Shown one piece after another: positions 19,867 through 29,900 of a stretch of DNA of 64,000 nucleotides. The stretch is from NCBI GenBank assembly GCA_964342815.1, contig CAYFHS010000001.1, positions 211,849-275,848 of the forward strand, given 5' to 3'. The stretch comes from an uncultured archaeon (GTDB taxonomy: Archaea; Thermoplasmatota; Penumbrarchaeia; JASLWR01). The position numbers were made by a program, and so were the translations under genes. The notes beneath the pieces are model-generated. The model was given only the letters and a program-made list of their open reading frames with translations. It was not told the DNA's origin and did not search any database. The stretch's first letter is position 1, and every line of letters starts with the position of its first letter.

Positions 19867-19951
19867 TGACAATCTAGTGAATCAAACGGAACATATTGTC
19901 AAAAGAGTGAAACTCGACAAAATGTCGAAGTTTGACCTTGTGACAATGTTC
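19867..19951. promoter_or_regulatory. Nested imperfect inverted repeat upstream of the helical-repeat gene
   Basis: GAAC..ATTGTCA..AAACT-CGACA-AAA-TGTCG-A-AGTTT..TGACAAT-GTTC (19889-19951), plus an extra TGACAAT at 19867-19873. Confidence 0.5.
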
Positions 19952-20031
19952 GCGGAATCGCAACCACGAAGGGGACCGATTCCGTTGAATCTATTAATGT
20001 ATTTTTATTTAATACCTTTTCTCTTGATAAT

Positions 20032-21339
20032 CTATAACATTATCTGAATTATCTTCGCCGCAGCGAGGTACGTACCCACTACGGAACCGATATTTGCGAA
20101 GGCCGCAACCATGAGAACTCTAACCAGTCTGTTATTGAAAAAGTCTCTGATACGCTCGAAAGTGGCCAGCTCTTCAAGGTCAGCCACTCGTGGGGTCCTG
20201 ATATTCGCCTCCACCATGCCTGCGAACCATCCTGCCGCCAGCAGAGGATTCAAAGAAGTTAGTGGGGCCGCGGCAAAGGCCGTAATAATGGAAAGAATAT
20301 GTCCCCTGGCGGCAATGGCACCCAGTGCCGAGCAAACGCCGTTGATGAGGAGCCACCACAGAAAAATATCACCTAATTTGGAATAATCCCCCTGGTATAT
20401 GAGATATCCCACGAGGAATAGAAGAAGAAGCGGTACCGCATATCCCAGACACTTTCCCACGGAAAAGCGTTTCTTTTTAATATTGTTGAGCCTATTGAGC
20501 TCTTCCCCCTGTGATTTTCCTTGGTATTTATTGACATTCTTCTCGATGCCATCCAGGTGACCGGCTCCCACTATCCCAAGAACCGTTCTTGAATTTTTTC
20601 GTTCCCCACCGTTCTGAATTTTATGACGCGCCGCCTTTTCCTTTCTTCTTTCTGTTGGTAAGCCGTCTTTTTCCCTGTTTTTAAGTACCCTTAACTTTGG
20701 TCCGGTTTGTTTCATGGGTTGTTCCGTCTCATCACGCAAAGCCATCAGCTTGAGGGCGATGAACGTGTCCCTCTCATCGATGAAAGCTTTCCCGATTCCC
20801 GGCGCCACTTCTTTGAGTTCCCCGATCATCACAGTTATAACATCGTCTTTCATCATCTTTTCTATCTCAAGCTTGTCAAGCTCTTCATCGCTTCCTCCGA
20901 AAATGGCCATGGTTCCGTACCAGAAAAGCCGGACCTTCTCGAAGAATCCCATGCAATGCCACCCTCTCTTGAAGGTGACGGTTATATCTCGATCCACAAG
21001 AGCTACTGGTATCCCTTTCTTTCGGGCTGTATTGATCGCCGCGATCATCTCAGCTCCGGGACGCATCTTTTCTTTTAAGCCAAGCTTTTTCTGGATGGTG
21101 CCGAGAATTATCTGGACTAGCATAAGGCTGGCCCTGCCTGAGCGGATTACCTTTAAAAGTGAGGTTTTCTCCCAACGCCGCTGTCTAGTAATGGCCAGAT
21201 ATCGCTTCTCATCCAGCTCCACCGCAACTATGGACGGCCTGATATCCTCAATGGCCTTTGCCACTTCCCTTGCGCTTTTTTCGGATATGTGGGCCGTGCC
21301 AACGAGGGTGATGTCGTCATCGATCTTCCGTAACATCAT
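20032..21339 (-). CDS. traB: TraB/GumN (pheromone-shutdown PrgY-like) family membrane protein
   Basis: LVGTAHIS, VAVELD, PGAEM..A, LVDRDI, IDERD and VGAGH motifs; C-terminal TMs with AAPLTSLNP and ANIGS. Confidence 0.9.
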   Translation of the reverse strand: MMLRKIDDDITLVGTAHISEKSAREVAKAIEDIRPSIVAVELDEKRYLAITRQRRWEKTSLLKVIRSGRASLMLVQIILGTIQKKLGLKEKMRPGAEMIAAINTARKKGIPVALVDRDITVTFKRGWHCMGFFEKVRLFWYGTMAIFGGSDEELDKLEIEKMMKDDVITVMIGELKEVAPGIGKAFIDERDTFIALKLMALRDETEQPMKQTGPKLRVLKNREKDGLPTERRKEKAARHKIQNGGERKNSRTVLGIVGAGHLDGIEKNVNKYQGKSQGEELNRLNNIKKKRFSVGKCLGYAVPLLLLFLVGYLIYQGDYSKLGDIFLWWLLINGVCSALGAIAARGHILSIITAFAAAPLTSLNPLLAAGWFAGMVEANIRTPRVADLEELATFERIRDFFNNRLVRVLMVAAFANIGSVVGTYLAAAKIIQIML

Positions 21340-21473
21340 ATCAACTGCTTGGTTGCGGGATTATTATGGAACGGGCGAAAAAATATTAATCCTTTTCCTG
21401 AAATATTGCTTAATAAAAAAACGGTCCCGGATTTCAGCCGTAATAAACGGATCTCAGTTAGTTTGCAAGATTA

Positions 21474-21887
21474 TTAATCCATCCTCTTGCCGAAGAGCTT
21501 TCTTTCCTGAGCCCTGATCTCGCTCAACGTCTTCAGGAGTTTGGCGGTGTCCGTTCCAAGCTCGAGACGCTTTGCCCTGCCGTCCATCTCATCCATGGTA
21601 TGCAGTATTTTCTTGGTAAGAATGCTGCTGTCCAGGCTGATGGCGTCTATTTTGTCCCTCTCGCCGTCTGTGGGAACCCGGGCACTGGTCTTCAGATCGT
21701 CGATCATCATCCTCTTTGCCATCAGCTCGAGTTTCTTACGTTCGAGGTCCAGTTCGGCCATCTTGATGGTACTGCCTCTGGACCGTATCTTGCTCACCGA
21801 GGTAATGATTATCAGTGCAAGTGCCAATAGCGCTATCCCTGTAAGTATCCAGAATAGCGGTGCGGTTACAATTCCCTCCAATGCCAT
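21474..21887 (-). CDS. Single-TM coiled-coil hypothetical protein
   Basis: N-terminal TM followed by a heptad-rich charged tail; GGAGG overlaps the start region. Confidence 0.65.
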   Translation of the reverse strand: MALEGIVTAPLFWILTGIALLALALIIITSVSKIRSRGSTIKMAELDLERKKLELMAKRMMIDDLKTSARVPTDGERDKIDAISLDSSILTKKILHTMDEMDGRAKRLELGTDTAKLLKTLSEIRAQERKLFGKRMD

Positions 21888-22147
21888 ATTATCCGTATCT
21901 ATGTTATGTTTTTATAAATAGTTTGCCTTCAAAGAATTAGTGTAGTTATCTGAATGAGGAACTGGTTTTTCATTCGGATTATGATTACAACCAACTGCCC
22001 CACGCTAAGAAATGTCAATCCAAGAGATGAAAACAAATCTTTAAATATACTCTGTACTCTATAGTTTATACATATTTTTCAAAGCTCATTACTACAAATC
22101 GCAGGAATGGCGATCTCATCTATTTTTATTGAATCGGGGGAACCAAG

Positions 22148-23953
22148 ATGATTAAAGGAAATAAGAGAGAAATTCTGACAGTATTCGTAACGATAACAAT
22201 GATCTTTGTTGCAGGCTCGGGGCTGTTTCCACACTGTCTTGTCAGCGCCCGATCTTCAACTGATCCTATCCGCTTTAATATTATTTTAAGGGACTTTTAT
22301 AGGGTGGGAGAACAAGATATCATTACGCTACAGGTATACGATGCTGATGATAATATGGTTGAAAATTACACCGGGACGGTGCTAATTTCCGTCATAAAGG
22401 GAAATATGGCCGTGGATGACGCAAACCCTTATAATTTTACTCTGGAAGACAAAGGAATGCATACGTTCATCGTCACCCCTTTGACCTTTGGAGAAAATTC
22501 AACGACGCTGCTATTCGAAGACCAAGCGGCGGGGATCAGGGAAAACGTTACGTTGAGCGTCATTGCCGGTCCCGTTAAAACTCTTGCCGCGAAACTGGAT
22601 TGGGATGCTATGGATTATGATGGATCGAACAAAATTTATTATGCTGGTGACGATCTTTTCTTAACGGTATACGGAATGGACGGTATGGGGAACCCATCTT
22701 CCACATATGACGCGCCGATAATCGTCACTCACAATTTTGAAACGGATGAGGAATATCTGGAGCCTGAACCCTGGCAGAGCAGTGTCGGTAACATTATACT
22801 GAACATGGTGGACGGTGTCGCGTCGAACTACCCCGATCTGCCCATCAAGCTTTTTGGAACCGGAGAGGTGAACCTTACTTTCTTCTCGCAGGTCAATTAT
22901 GGAATGAATGGCAGCATGATAGTAAACGTGAATCCAAGCTACCTTTACCATATCGAAGCAGTTCCCGGCGGTTCGGATACAAATCCTGTTACCGTGGACG
23001 TAAAAGCGGGTGCGACACAATTTTTTTCGGTCATTGGTTTCGATGAGTACGACAACCCTCTGGAGATGGAGAGCGTCACATGGCGCGTTGACCCGAACAT
23101 AAAGGCGATGGATACTCAGGACATCTTGGTTGACGGTGAGTTCAAAGCTATCGAGTTTTTCGGCTTAGGTGATATTGGTGTCGTTTACAACCATGACATA
23201 GATTATTCTTCGATGAATGGGACGGTTGAGGTTACTGCAATGTGCCCACGAGATGGCCACGAGGTAAAAGAGCTTATCTCCGTACGCGTTCTGAACGATA
23301 AAGACGTTTGGCTGAACGAAGATCAGATCGAACCTTATCAAATTCTGCTGGGCTATGACATGGAATTTCAGGCTAATATATACTATGATATGCCTGTAAT
23401 CGATTCAGGAACCGAAGATCAAAGTTCTGCCCTTGGAGAAATATTCGAGGTCACTGTCATAGCCTCTCTGGTGGACAAGGACGGCAATAAGCTCGTAGAA
23501 CTCGTAAACGAACAGGTGAGATTGGAAGACTTGAATTCAAAACCTTATGGTATCAGGATCATAAATGCAATAGTACCCTGGGAGAATATTAGCGAATACA
23601 TCAAGAAATGGGAGGCTGGCAACGACGACACGAAGAACTTTATAAGACTTGAGATAAAAGATGTTCTCGGGGGTACCGATTTGTCGGATTTCGAGAAATC
23701 GGGGGATAACAATGAGGTAATATCGGAATTATATGGTGTGGCTCAGCCCAATGTTCAAGACCCTCCAAAAACCGTCGTTTTGGAAGAAGGATTGCTGAAT
23801 TCGAGTATGGTTAGATTCCTTTTCATTCCTATTGGAATTCTACTTTTTCTCATAATTCTCGGGGTTATCTTGGCTATCATCTTTAAAAAAGAACCAGCGA
23901 CTGGTAATAAAGAAGAAAAATGCCTCGATATCGATAGACCAAAAGATCTATAA
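22148..23953 (+). CDS. Type-I membrane surface protein with Ig-like domains
   Basis: Signal peptide, acidic beta-rich ectodomain and C-terminal TM (FLFIPIGILLFLIILGVILAIIF); GGGGG RBS. Confidence 0.8.
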   Translation: MIKGNKREILTVFVTITMIFVAGSGLFPHCLVSARSSTDPIRFNIILRDFYRVGEQDIITLQVYDADDNMVENYTGTVLISVIKGNMAVDDANPYNFTLEDKGMHTFIVTPLTFGENSTTLLFEDQAAGIRENVTLSVIAGPVKTLAAKLDWDAMDYDGSNKIYYAGDDLFLTVYGMDGMGNPSSTYDAPIIVTHNFETDEEYLEPEPWQSSVGNIILNMVDGVASNYPDLPIKLFGTGEVNLTFFSQVNYGMNGSMIVNVNPSYLYHIEAVPGGSDTNPVTVDVKAGATQFFSVIGFDEYDNPLEMESVTWRVDPNIKAMDTQDILVDGEFKAIEFFGLGDIGVVYNHDIDYSSMNGTVEVTAMCPRDGHEVKELISVRVLNDKDVWLNEDQIEPYQILLGYDMEFQANIYYDMPVIDSGTEDQSSALGEIFEVTVIASLVDKDGNKLVELVNEQVRLEDLNSKPYGIRIINAIVPWENISEYIKKWEAGNDDTKNFIRLEIKDVLGGTDLSDFEKSGDNNEVISELYGVAQPNVQDPPKTVVLEEGLLNSSMVRFLFIPIGILLFLIILGVILAIIFKKEPATGNKEEKCLDIDRPKDL

Positions 23954-24104
23954 ACCTATGGTCTCAATACCGGCATGGTAAATGAAAATAGTGTAAAACA
24001 ACAAATTAATAGACTACTTGGGAGGGCCTCCGTTCCCTCTTGTACCCTTTTGCTTGAAGTTTCTTACTTTCGTCCCCAGACTACTAATATTCCATATTTC
24101 AATC

Positions 24105-24590
24105 TTATTTGATCTGTTCTTCGAAGAGTAACCTTTCCCCAGCCCTCAGCTCGAAGAAGAAACCCGGCTCAGCAAATCCCGGTGAATCAGTGCTACCGTC
24201 GTCATCCACGTGCTCGAAACTTTTTATTATGAAACGATCTCCCATTGATAATTTACCATCATTGTCCGCGTCCCTGAATGAGATAAAATTCTTGTTGTTT
24301 ATCGGCTTTCCATAAATATTTACTACCTTATGAACGCCATTGGACATATCACGGCGGTCTGGACTGTAAAGCGTGAAAAGAAGGTCCTCTAAAGAAAGAT
24401 ATTCTTCACCTGTGCTCTCCACCTTCAGAACATAGTCCTTATTCAATGTTCTAGTATCTGGCTCTACATTCGTCAGACAAGGAGTGACTTCAATTTCGTT
24501 GATGGTTACCTCTGAATCGAAACAGCCCATCACTATCGTGAACGCTAAAGTGAAAAATATAATTAAAGAAACAATAGGTGTTGCCCTCAT
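24105..24590 (-). CDS. Lipoprotein with a pilin-head-like globular domain
   Basis: Signal peptide ending in VMGC; motif ISFRDADNDGKLSMGDRFII; AGGTGA RBS. Confidence 0.65.
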   Translation of the reverse strand: MRATPIVSLIIFFTLAFTIVMGCFDSEVTINEIEVTPCLTNVEPDTRTLNKDYVLKVESTGEEYLSLEDLLFTLYSPDRRDMSNGVHKVVNIYGKPINNKNFISFRDADNDGKLSMGDRFIIKSFEHVDDDGSTDSPGFAEPGFFFELRAGERLLFEEQIK

Positions 24591-24765
24591 TTACTCACCT
24601 TAGTACTCTATTATACGAAAAATTATATATTTGTTTCCACATAGAAAAACGAATCTTTAAATATCTACGAACCTCTAATGATTATACATATTTCAACCGG
24701 GTCATTGCCGAAAATGGTAACATGATGGTGATCTAATCACATATCATCGAATTGGGGGAGCATAG

Positions 24766-25626
24766 ATGATTATTGGGAATAAGAGGGAATTATTGACATT
24801 TGTTACGCTGATAATGTTCCTTGTGGCAGGTCCGGCTCTCTCCACAGAGTATGGTACGATGGTAGTCGTCACGATACGCTCCCAAAGCAGTTGTGAGTTG
24901 ATACGTGATATCCCCTTGCGCGTGAGGAACGATAATGATGTGTGGCTTAATGCTAGCGGTATCGAACCGGATCATTTCCTTTTGGGCCATGACCTAAATC
25001 TGCAGGTGGACATCTATTACAATATACCCGTGACCCACAATGGAACCGATAATAAAAGTTCCGTGATTGGTGATATATTGGAGGTGTGTGTCATTGTTTC
25101 CATGGTGGAGAAGGACGGAACGGAACGGCTAGAATTCGTAAACGAAACGGTACGACTTGAGGAATTGAATACACGGCCAAAAGGAATCAAAATATTCAAT
25201 TACGTTGCCCCTTGGGAGAGTTTTGCTGATTCTCTCTTGAGATGGGAAGCTGGCAACAACGATACGATGAATTTCATGAAGGTAGAGATAAGAGATATTC
25301 CTGGTGGGGCTAATATGTCGTATTTCGAGGAATCCGAGGATAATAACGTCATAATTGTGGAATTATTTGCGGTCCCCCAAATCAATCAGGGTAGCCCAGG
25401 CGGGGGCCCCAACAACCAAGAAACGCCCAATCGAATCATTATTCTTTTTGTTGGCGTCGGGTTAATACTCTTTTTCTTTATTCCATGGTTCATAATGGTG
25501 ATCATCCCTAAATTTAAGCCCGGAATTAGTAACAAAGAGGAACCTCCTGATAAGCCAAGTCCCACAGATCCTTCAATCTACAAGGTTGATCCCGAAATTG
25601 AAAATGAAGGCAATCGCAAAAATTAG
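24766..25626 (+). CDS. Internally shortened paralog of the 22148-23953 surface protein
   Basis: MIIGNKRELLT vs MIKGNKREILT; RVRNDNDVWLN..IEP..LLG vs RVLNDKDVWLN..IEP..LLG; WEAGNNDT vs WEAGNDDT; C-terminal TM present. Confidence 0.8.
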   Translation: MIIGNKRELLTFVTLIMFLVAGPALSTEYGTMVVVTIRSQSSCELIRDIPLRVRNDNDVWLNASGIEPDHFLLGHDLNLQVDIYYNIPVTHNGTDNKSSVIGDILEVCVIVSMVEKDGTERLEFVNETVRLEELNTRPKGIKIFNYVAPWESFADSLLRWEAGNNDTMNFMKVEIRDIPGGANMSYFEESEDNNVIIVELFAVPQINQGSPGGGPNNQETPNRIIILFVGVGLILFFFIPWFIMVIIPKFKPGISNKEEPPDKPSPTDPSIYKVDPEIENEGNRKN

Positions 25627-25719
25627 AATAATAGGTATATTCCTGAAGTGGCAGATTGTACGGCAGAAAAGCCTCACATGAAAATTATTTTTTCCGACCT
25701 GGACTATTAGGTTTATACA

Positions 25720-25983
25720 TTATCTATATCCTCTTCCCCTCTTAAATACCTCGATAACCCTCACCATAGTTTTCTCAATTAGATATATGATTCTATAATC
25801 CCCGATCCTCAGCCGATATTTCTGCGGTTTAGTGTCCTTAAGGGATTTAATATCCATACCCGGACGTGCTTCGTATGGATTCTTCTCCAGCTCTTTTAAG
25901 GCTGACCTGATGCGTAGCTGGAGATTGGTATCCAGAGTATTAAATTGCTTTTGAAAAGTATGAGATACAAGTACCGTATACAT
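25720..25983 (-). CDS. relE: RelE/ParE-family type II toxin
   Basis: 87 aa; FQKQFNTLD...IRSALKEL..NP, KYRLRIGDYRIIY and C-terminal KRGRGYR. Coupled to the antitoxin by a TAATG overlap. Confidence 0.9.
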   Translation of the reverse strand: MYTVLVSHTFQKQFNTLDTNLQLRIRSALKELEKNPYEARPGMDIKSLKDTKPQKYRLRIGDYRIIYLIEKTMVRVIEVFKRGRGYR

Positions 25984-26168
25984 TATAACTCATCCAGGGA
26001 TATGAACTCGTCTTCTTCAAGTATTCTATTCCATCGTTCATCTAACTTCTTCCATGCGGCTTTCTTGATCAGCTTTTGAATTATTTTGTCATAGCTGTCT
26101 CCTTTGTTACCTAGCTGACACAGAATCTCTTTTGTTTCAAGTGACACAGCGATTGTAGTTGTTGACAT
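25983..26168 (-). CDS. Archaeal RHH-type antitoxin (RelB-like)
   Basis: 61 aa; TTIAVSLETKEIL..LG.KGDSYD.II.KL at the N-terminus and an acidic C-terminus (EEDEFISLDEL); directly upstream of relE. Confidence 0.85.
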   Translation of the reverse strand: MSTTTIAVSLETKEILCQLGNKGDSYDKIIQKLIKKAAWKKLDERWNRILEEDEFISLDEL

Positions 26169-26177
26169 TTATATTAC

Positions 26178-26192
26178 CTATAACTATTATAG
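26178..26192. promoter_or_regulatory. Palindromic operator of the TA module
   Basis: CTATAA-CTA-TTATAG, 10-24 bp upstream of the antitoxin ATG, in the AT-rich promoter region. Confidence 0.5.
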
Positions 26193-26326
26193 ATTTCATA
26201 ATGTTTATAAGTTCTGCACAAAATCGGAGAAAACACAAATATCATTAAAATTTTTATCCTCAAAAGGGTTTCATTTTTCCAAAATTTTGATTCATAAAAC
26301 AATAGCCGGAACTACAACGGATACTT

Positions 26327-26920
26327 CTACCCGTCGAACGGATTATAAAAGAACCTCCGCTGATAGATCAGAAGACCTATTATCACAAAGGATATGGGAA
26401 AGAAATACAGTGAGAAGACGGCACCGCCAATGGCGAGAGAGAAATATTTTCTTTTGGAAACGAAGAACATGGAGATAGCCTGGCAGATGGAGGATATGAA
26501 GAATAGGATCATCATCAAAATGAAGCCTCCCAACATTCTCCCGGATAGCGAGGACATGAAAACCACCAGGATGATGGGCAGCGATAACGATATGGCAAGC
26601 GTCACTATCAATGAAATGAGCTGGAGAACGAACAGTACAGTTTTGTAGTCCTTCTCCTTTGCAGGCGGCAGCAGCACCGGCTGCTTTGGGAAAAACTCCC
26701 ACGAAAATTTATCGTCCGCAGGAATCCCCTTCGATAGCCGCCACCGTTTAGTGGTGGAGGAGAAGGGGAAGCATTTTTCTGCGTTTCCGAGGATGAAGCC
26801 CGCAGATTTATCCGTAGAAAACCCGTCTCGGGTTTTCGAGGATGCAGATGCATCTTTTGATGCATCGGAACGTATGTGGGCATCTGTGGGTGATTCATCC
26901 TCGACGTCAGGTTCGGTCAT
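26327..26920 (-). CDS. Small multi-TM membrane protein, last gene of the adhesin operon
   Basis: Hydrophilic N-terminus, then 3-4 hydrophobic helices; ATGA overlap with the upstream stop. Confidence 0.65.
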   Translation of the reverse strand: MTEPDVEDESPTDAHIRSDASKDASASSKTRDGFSTDKSAGFILGNAEKCFPFSSTTKRWRLSKGIPADDKFSWEFFPKQPVLLPPAKEKDYKTVLFVLQLISLIVTLAISLSLPIILVVFMSSLSGRMLGGFILMMILFFISSICQAISMFFVSKRKYFSLAIGGAVFSLYFFPISFVIIGLLIYQRRFFYNPFDG

Positions 26921-29900
26921 TTTCTCTTCTCCAGCCTTGACAGAGCCCTGTTCACGGCGTTTCCCACTGCATTGCAGTAATCGAATATCTTAAGGTAATC
27001 TTTCGCGGTACTGGCTTCATCGAATTTTTCTTCTAACTCTACCAGCAGCTTACCGGCATCGGCTGTGTCGGCCCCTTCAGCTTCGGCGGCTCTTTCAAGT
27101 GAAAGCACGTAAGCGTAATACTCGCGGGCTCCCCTGCGGTACTCCTCCAGAGGCACCTGGTATGATCCGTACCCGTACTGCTGAATGTATGGATATTGTG
27201 AAAGGGCGGAGAATCGATACGGATTTTGCTCGTAAACGGGATACTGGTCACCGCCGCTTGCGTATGGACTCTTTTTGGGACTTGGGTCTTTTTGTTCCTT
27301 TTTTTTCTTGGTTAAAAGCTCTTTTGCCAGGGACGGTTCTTTCACAGGCGGCATAGCCTCCACTATGATCTCGGTCCCGTCTCTCAGCGAGTACGCCAGT
27401 GCAGGTGCGTCGCCCCGACCAGTGCTTTTTTCCAATAATTCCTCTTCTTCCTCGTATGCCAGGAACCTTGCCCTTCTTCGGGTAATTACCACGAAGAGGA
27501 CCAATGCCATCACGAGAATAACGAGGATCATGGGAATTACCCAGAAGTTGCTTTGAGCCGCATTCCCGCTCTCAATTCGTTCATCCTTTTCTTGAACCTC
27601 GCAAATTATGTCGAGTCCCTTACTGGCTTCTTCGTCACCCGAGAGAGCCGTTATTGTCACAGTGAATGTCCCTGCCTGGAAGTTCTCTGGTATCTGCATG
27701 TTCACGTGAACTGTAACATGTGATGCCGCAAAACCCGCCGGTTGAAGGATGAAGGACTCTCTTGAGAAGACCAGATTGCCGATTATACCCGGGTGTCCCA
27801 CCGCTACGAGGTCGATACGGCGTTTCACGGGCAGCAGGTTCCGCAGGGTTATATTGAATATTTTCTGACCACCTGGATAAACGATCAATCTTGCTTCAGT
27901 ATCCGCCGAACCTTCGAAAAGTATTTCCACGGGAAAAATATCCTCCGCGCCGTACAGCTGTCTGAACGAGTAGACTCCCGAGAGACATTCCCCCTGTATC
28001 TTCCCCGCCCTGGGTATTACCATCCAGTAATAGATCGTATCATTCTCGAGACCATTTATGGCCACGTAGTCCTCCGTTAGGTCGCTCAAATATACATGGG
28101 CTGTCGTATTTTTCTCATAAAGCAGTATATCGTAACTTACAGGTAGTTTTCCAGGGTAATCACATGACCATGATAGAGTTACGCGAGAGGATCCGACGGT
28201 AGCCCCGTCCTCCGGAAAAAGAAGAGTCACCTTTGGTACGTCCACATCCAGATCCACGTCGAAACTGTGTATTCCATCAATACACGTTCCAATTTCGAAA
28301 CGGTCGTGCGGGATCACCTGCCAGTAATAGGTAGCATCGTCTAGGATTCCGTCGATTATAATCGAGGTCTCTTTGTACCCTGTCCGATAGAATTTATCAC
28401 CCGATCTGCTGCGCGAAAAATACACATCATAGCTTATCCCGTCGCCATCGCTGTCGTTCCCCTCCCACATGAGAGTAACCGAGCTTGTAGGTATAATTAC
28501 ACCGTCATTTGGTATCAGAAGCGATGCAGTTGGAGGATTGTTCTTGGCCCTTACGAATATCTCGAAATCCCCTCTCACCTTGTACTCCCCGTCCCAAACG
28601 GAAATCACCACATGGCAGCTTCCCTCGAAGTTCTCACGTATTATGTTTATATCCACAAAATTGTTCCAATCAATTACAATCTCGAAGTTTTCTTCATCAC
28701 TGATATTCTCCACTTCGTAGATAAGTTCATCCGGGGGCGTATCCACATCCGTCACGTAATCAAAAATGTTGAATGCATCATTCAGGTCCTCGTTCATTGA
28801 CATATACACGTCGTCCATCTGTCTTAGTTGGGGTGGATCGTTGACGTTCCTTATGGTGACGAGTATCTTCTGGAAAACAAAATTCGCGTCCTTTCCCGGA
28901 GTGTTGACGTCCGCATCGTCATCGGCGAATATCCAGATGGGGACGTTTGAACAGGTTCCGTTATCCGTGGTGCTTAACCGGATCATCTCCCCGTCAATTG
29001 ATACCGTGAAATCGAGATTTTCCTCTATTTCCCCCAGGGGGTCGATCATTACGTCGTAATAGAGGAAATCTCCGTCTCCATCCACGAAATATCTCTCTTC
29101 CGTAATTGAAAACGCATGGTCCACGCTCTCGTATAATGAGATGTCGGGGATCGTCACGTCCGGGGCAGGTTCGTCGTTGACATTCATGATGTTAATGGTG
29201 AAGGGATCGGAAAGCACAGAAAGGTTCGAGGTATCTCGCGCTTCCACAACCAGTTCTATTGAACCTGTGTAATTGTCGTTCAGATTTCCCGTGAGAGCGT
29301 CAAGGACCAGATGATGACCGCCCTGCACATAGCAGTTGATAATGCCATCAAGAGAGTTTTCCACGACCTGGTAGCTCATCTCGTCTGCCCTGTCAATATC
29401 GTCGTAGAAGTATTCTGAAAGGTCCATCAATTCCAGCTCAAGAGAATCTTCATTTACGGAAAATATCGACGGAATGCCGTAGCACCCGGGGGCTATGGTA
29501 AATTCGAATCTCGGTTTTGTCAAGTATAAGCGGCCGGAGCCGGTGGATCTTATGTCTATAGGTATCGATAGATTACCCTGACGGTTTTCCTCACTCTCAA
29601 TATAATCATTCACAACGGATTCGATGCCCCCCAATCTCAAACGATTACCCATATTGGGGCAGAATAAATTCTCTTGGATGGTGGCCACGGCCAGGTCGGG
29701 ATACGCGTCGCTGTCGGCACGCGACACGGCAATTCGCGATACACTTGTATTGAGATCAAGGGCGCTGTCCAGGATAAATCCGCCGGCCCCGTCACCCTTG
29801 TACATCTCGATGATACCGTCGAAAGAGGCCATTAAAATATCGTAATTCCCATCGAGGTTGTAATCCACAGCTTCCATGGATTCTGCATCGAGATGTCCCA

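Noticed and set aside
20714-21517. 267 aa plus-strand ORF (also 1483-1899, 19070-19585, 53864-54274 and similar)
   Set aside because: These are antisense or alternate-frame shadows of well-supported genes, with Ser/Phe-rich composition and no motifs.
21474-21887. Homology between this protein (ELDLERKKLEL) and 56128-56691 (ESKKLELERKK)
   Set aside because: The short match is explained by Lys/Glu/Leu coiled-coil bias, and the rest of the proteins is unrelated.
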